In this document: in pieces, positions 35,154 through 35,733 of the stretch
Position numbering within the stretch: the first letter of the stretch is position 1
Layout of the letters: every line of letters begins with the position of its first letter
Assembly (NCBI GenBank): GCA_046757025.1
Contig: JBHHXN010000039.1
Location: 1-35,733, forward strand
Direction of reading: 5' to 3'
From: a bacterium
GTDB lineage: Bacteria; Zhuqueibacterota; Zhuqueibacteria; Oceanimicrobiales; Oceanimicrobiaceae
Length of the DNA: 35,733 nt
Made by a program: the position numbers and the translations under genes
Notes under the pieces: generated by a model
The model's input: only the letters and a program-made list of their open reading frames with translations
What the model was told of the DNA's origin: nothing
Database searches by the model: none

Positions 35154-35448
35154 TTTACCAGAACCTGACCTGACCACGATCAAACAAATTCTGGCGAAAC
35201 ATGTACCAGACTGCGAAGTTCGGATTTTTGGTTCCCGTGTGAACGGAACTGCCAGGCCCTATTCCGATCTCGATATTGTGGTCGTCGGAACCGACAAGCT
35301 GCCACGGAAGCAGGTTTATCGCCTGAAAGAAGCCTTTCAGGAATCGGATTTGTCGTTTCGGGTGGATGTGCTGGACTGGCACCGGATTTCTCCGGAATTC
35401 CGCCAGATAATTGAGAAAGCGTATGAGGTGGTACAGGAAGGCAAATGA
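35146..35448 (+). CDS. Minimal nucleotidyltransferase (MNT, HI0073-like), putative antitoxin
   Basis: FGSRVNGTARPYSDLD = GS-X10-DXD; FRVDVLDW; start re-called to ATG35146, overlapping the HEPN gene end. Confidence 0.88.
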   Translation: MIDLPEPDLTTIKQILAKHVPDCEVRIFGSRVNGTARPYSDLDIVVVGTDKLPRKQVYRLKEAFQESDLSFRVDVLDWHRISPEFRQIIEKAYEVVQEGK

Positions 35449-35582
35449 GGTGCGCGATGCATTTAGAGGAGAAGATGTCCAATCTATCCGCCAAACTTTA
35501 CGAGCAGTTTAAAGAAGCCGACCGGCTCGAATCCATGATTAAGAAGAATCTGGCCACTCTCGGAATTGGGGTAAAAGAATGA
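35445..35582 (+). pseudogene. Orphan 45-codon copy of an HsdM C-terminal helix
   Basis: Translates MRCAMHLEEKMSNLSAKLYEQFKEADRLESMIKKNLATLGIGVKE, which aligns to [37 protein letters not shown] at the end of hsdM. Confidence 0.75.
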
Positions 35583-35725
35583 CGTTCGACGCGAACAGAC
35601 CGTACAACGACTTGCCTCTGCTGCCACCTGCCACCCCGGAAAAGACCGGCATTCTCAGCGCTCATAAACTCGGTAAAGAAATGCTTTATTTGAACAGGTC
35701 ACTGTATGATTTGCTCTCCCGATAA
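35579..35725 (+). pseudogene. Internally deleted Fic-family gene (N- and C-termini fused in frame, 48 aa)
   Basis: MTFDANRPYNDLPLLPP (typical Fic N-terminus) joined to EKTGILSAHKLGKEMLYLNRSLYDLLSR (typical end of the C-terminal wHTH); no HPFxDGNGR. Confidence 0.7.
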
Positions 35726-35733
35726 CGTGTCGA

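Noticed and set aside
429..35494. Numerous minus-strand and alternate-frame ORFs in the track (e.g. 28067-28663, 33971-34450)
   Set aside because: Shadows of well-supported + strand genes with no recognisable motifs
1..35733. CRISPR array, tRNA, rRNA, integrase or transposase
   Set aside because: No regularly spaced repeat-spacer units, cloverleaf or recombinase motifs recognised by eye; a covariance-model scan would be needed to exclude small RNAs

Overview
Bacterial chromosomal window with every credible protein-coding gene on the + strand. Gene content (YpdA-type reductase, ECF sigma, gene styles) suggests an FCB-group organism such as KSB1 or Calditrichota; this is inference only. Five blocks: (1) 1-1.5 kb accessory pair, a DUF3800 (RNase H-like) gene followed by a small structured antisense-oriented RNA with its own promoter and terminator, then a short DprA/SLOG gene. 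(2) 1.6-4.9 kb ECF sigma factor flanked by two copies of one promoter motif, a membrane partner, a coiled-coil membrane protein and a secreted cyanophycinase-like peptidase. (3) 5.3-11.7 kb trhP-type U32 hydroxylase, a small membrane protein and a 1466-aa fused CoA-activase. (4) 12.1-25 kb tightly coupled operon that is the best candidate for an undescribed pathway: LeuC/HacA-type dehydratase, YpdA reductase, LpdA, LipB, citryl-CoA-synthetase-like alpha/beta (beta fused to a 2x[4Fe-4S] ferredoxin, citrate-binding loop altered), citryl-CoA-lyase-like protein, degenerate HD protein, homoisocitrate-dehydrogenase-like enzyme with an NADP-type motif, PrpD and 2-oxoacid dehydrogenase E1 alpha/beta. 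Together these fit an ATP-coupled, CoA-ester homocitrate (or related tricarboxylate) route. (5) 25.1-33.1 kb nuoA-B-CD-E-F-G-H-I, followed abruptly by a defence islet: type I hsdM, HEPN/MNT pair, a duplicated hsdM tail and an internally deleted Fic gene. No CRISPR array, rRNA or tRNA was recognised. Family assignments come from motifs recalled from memory, not from database searches.
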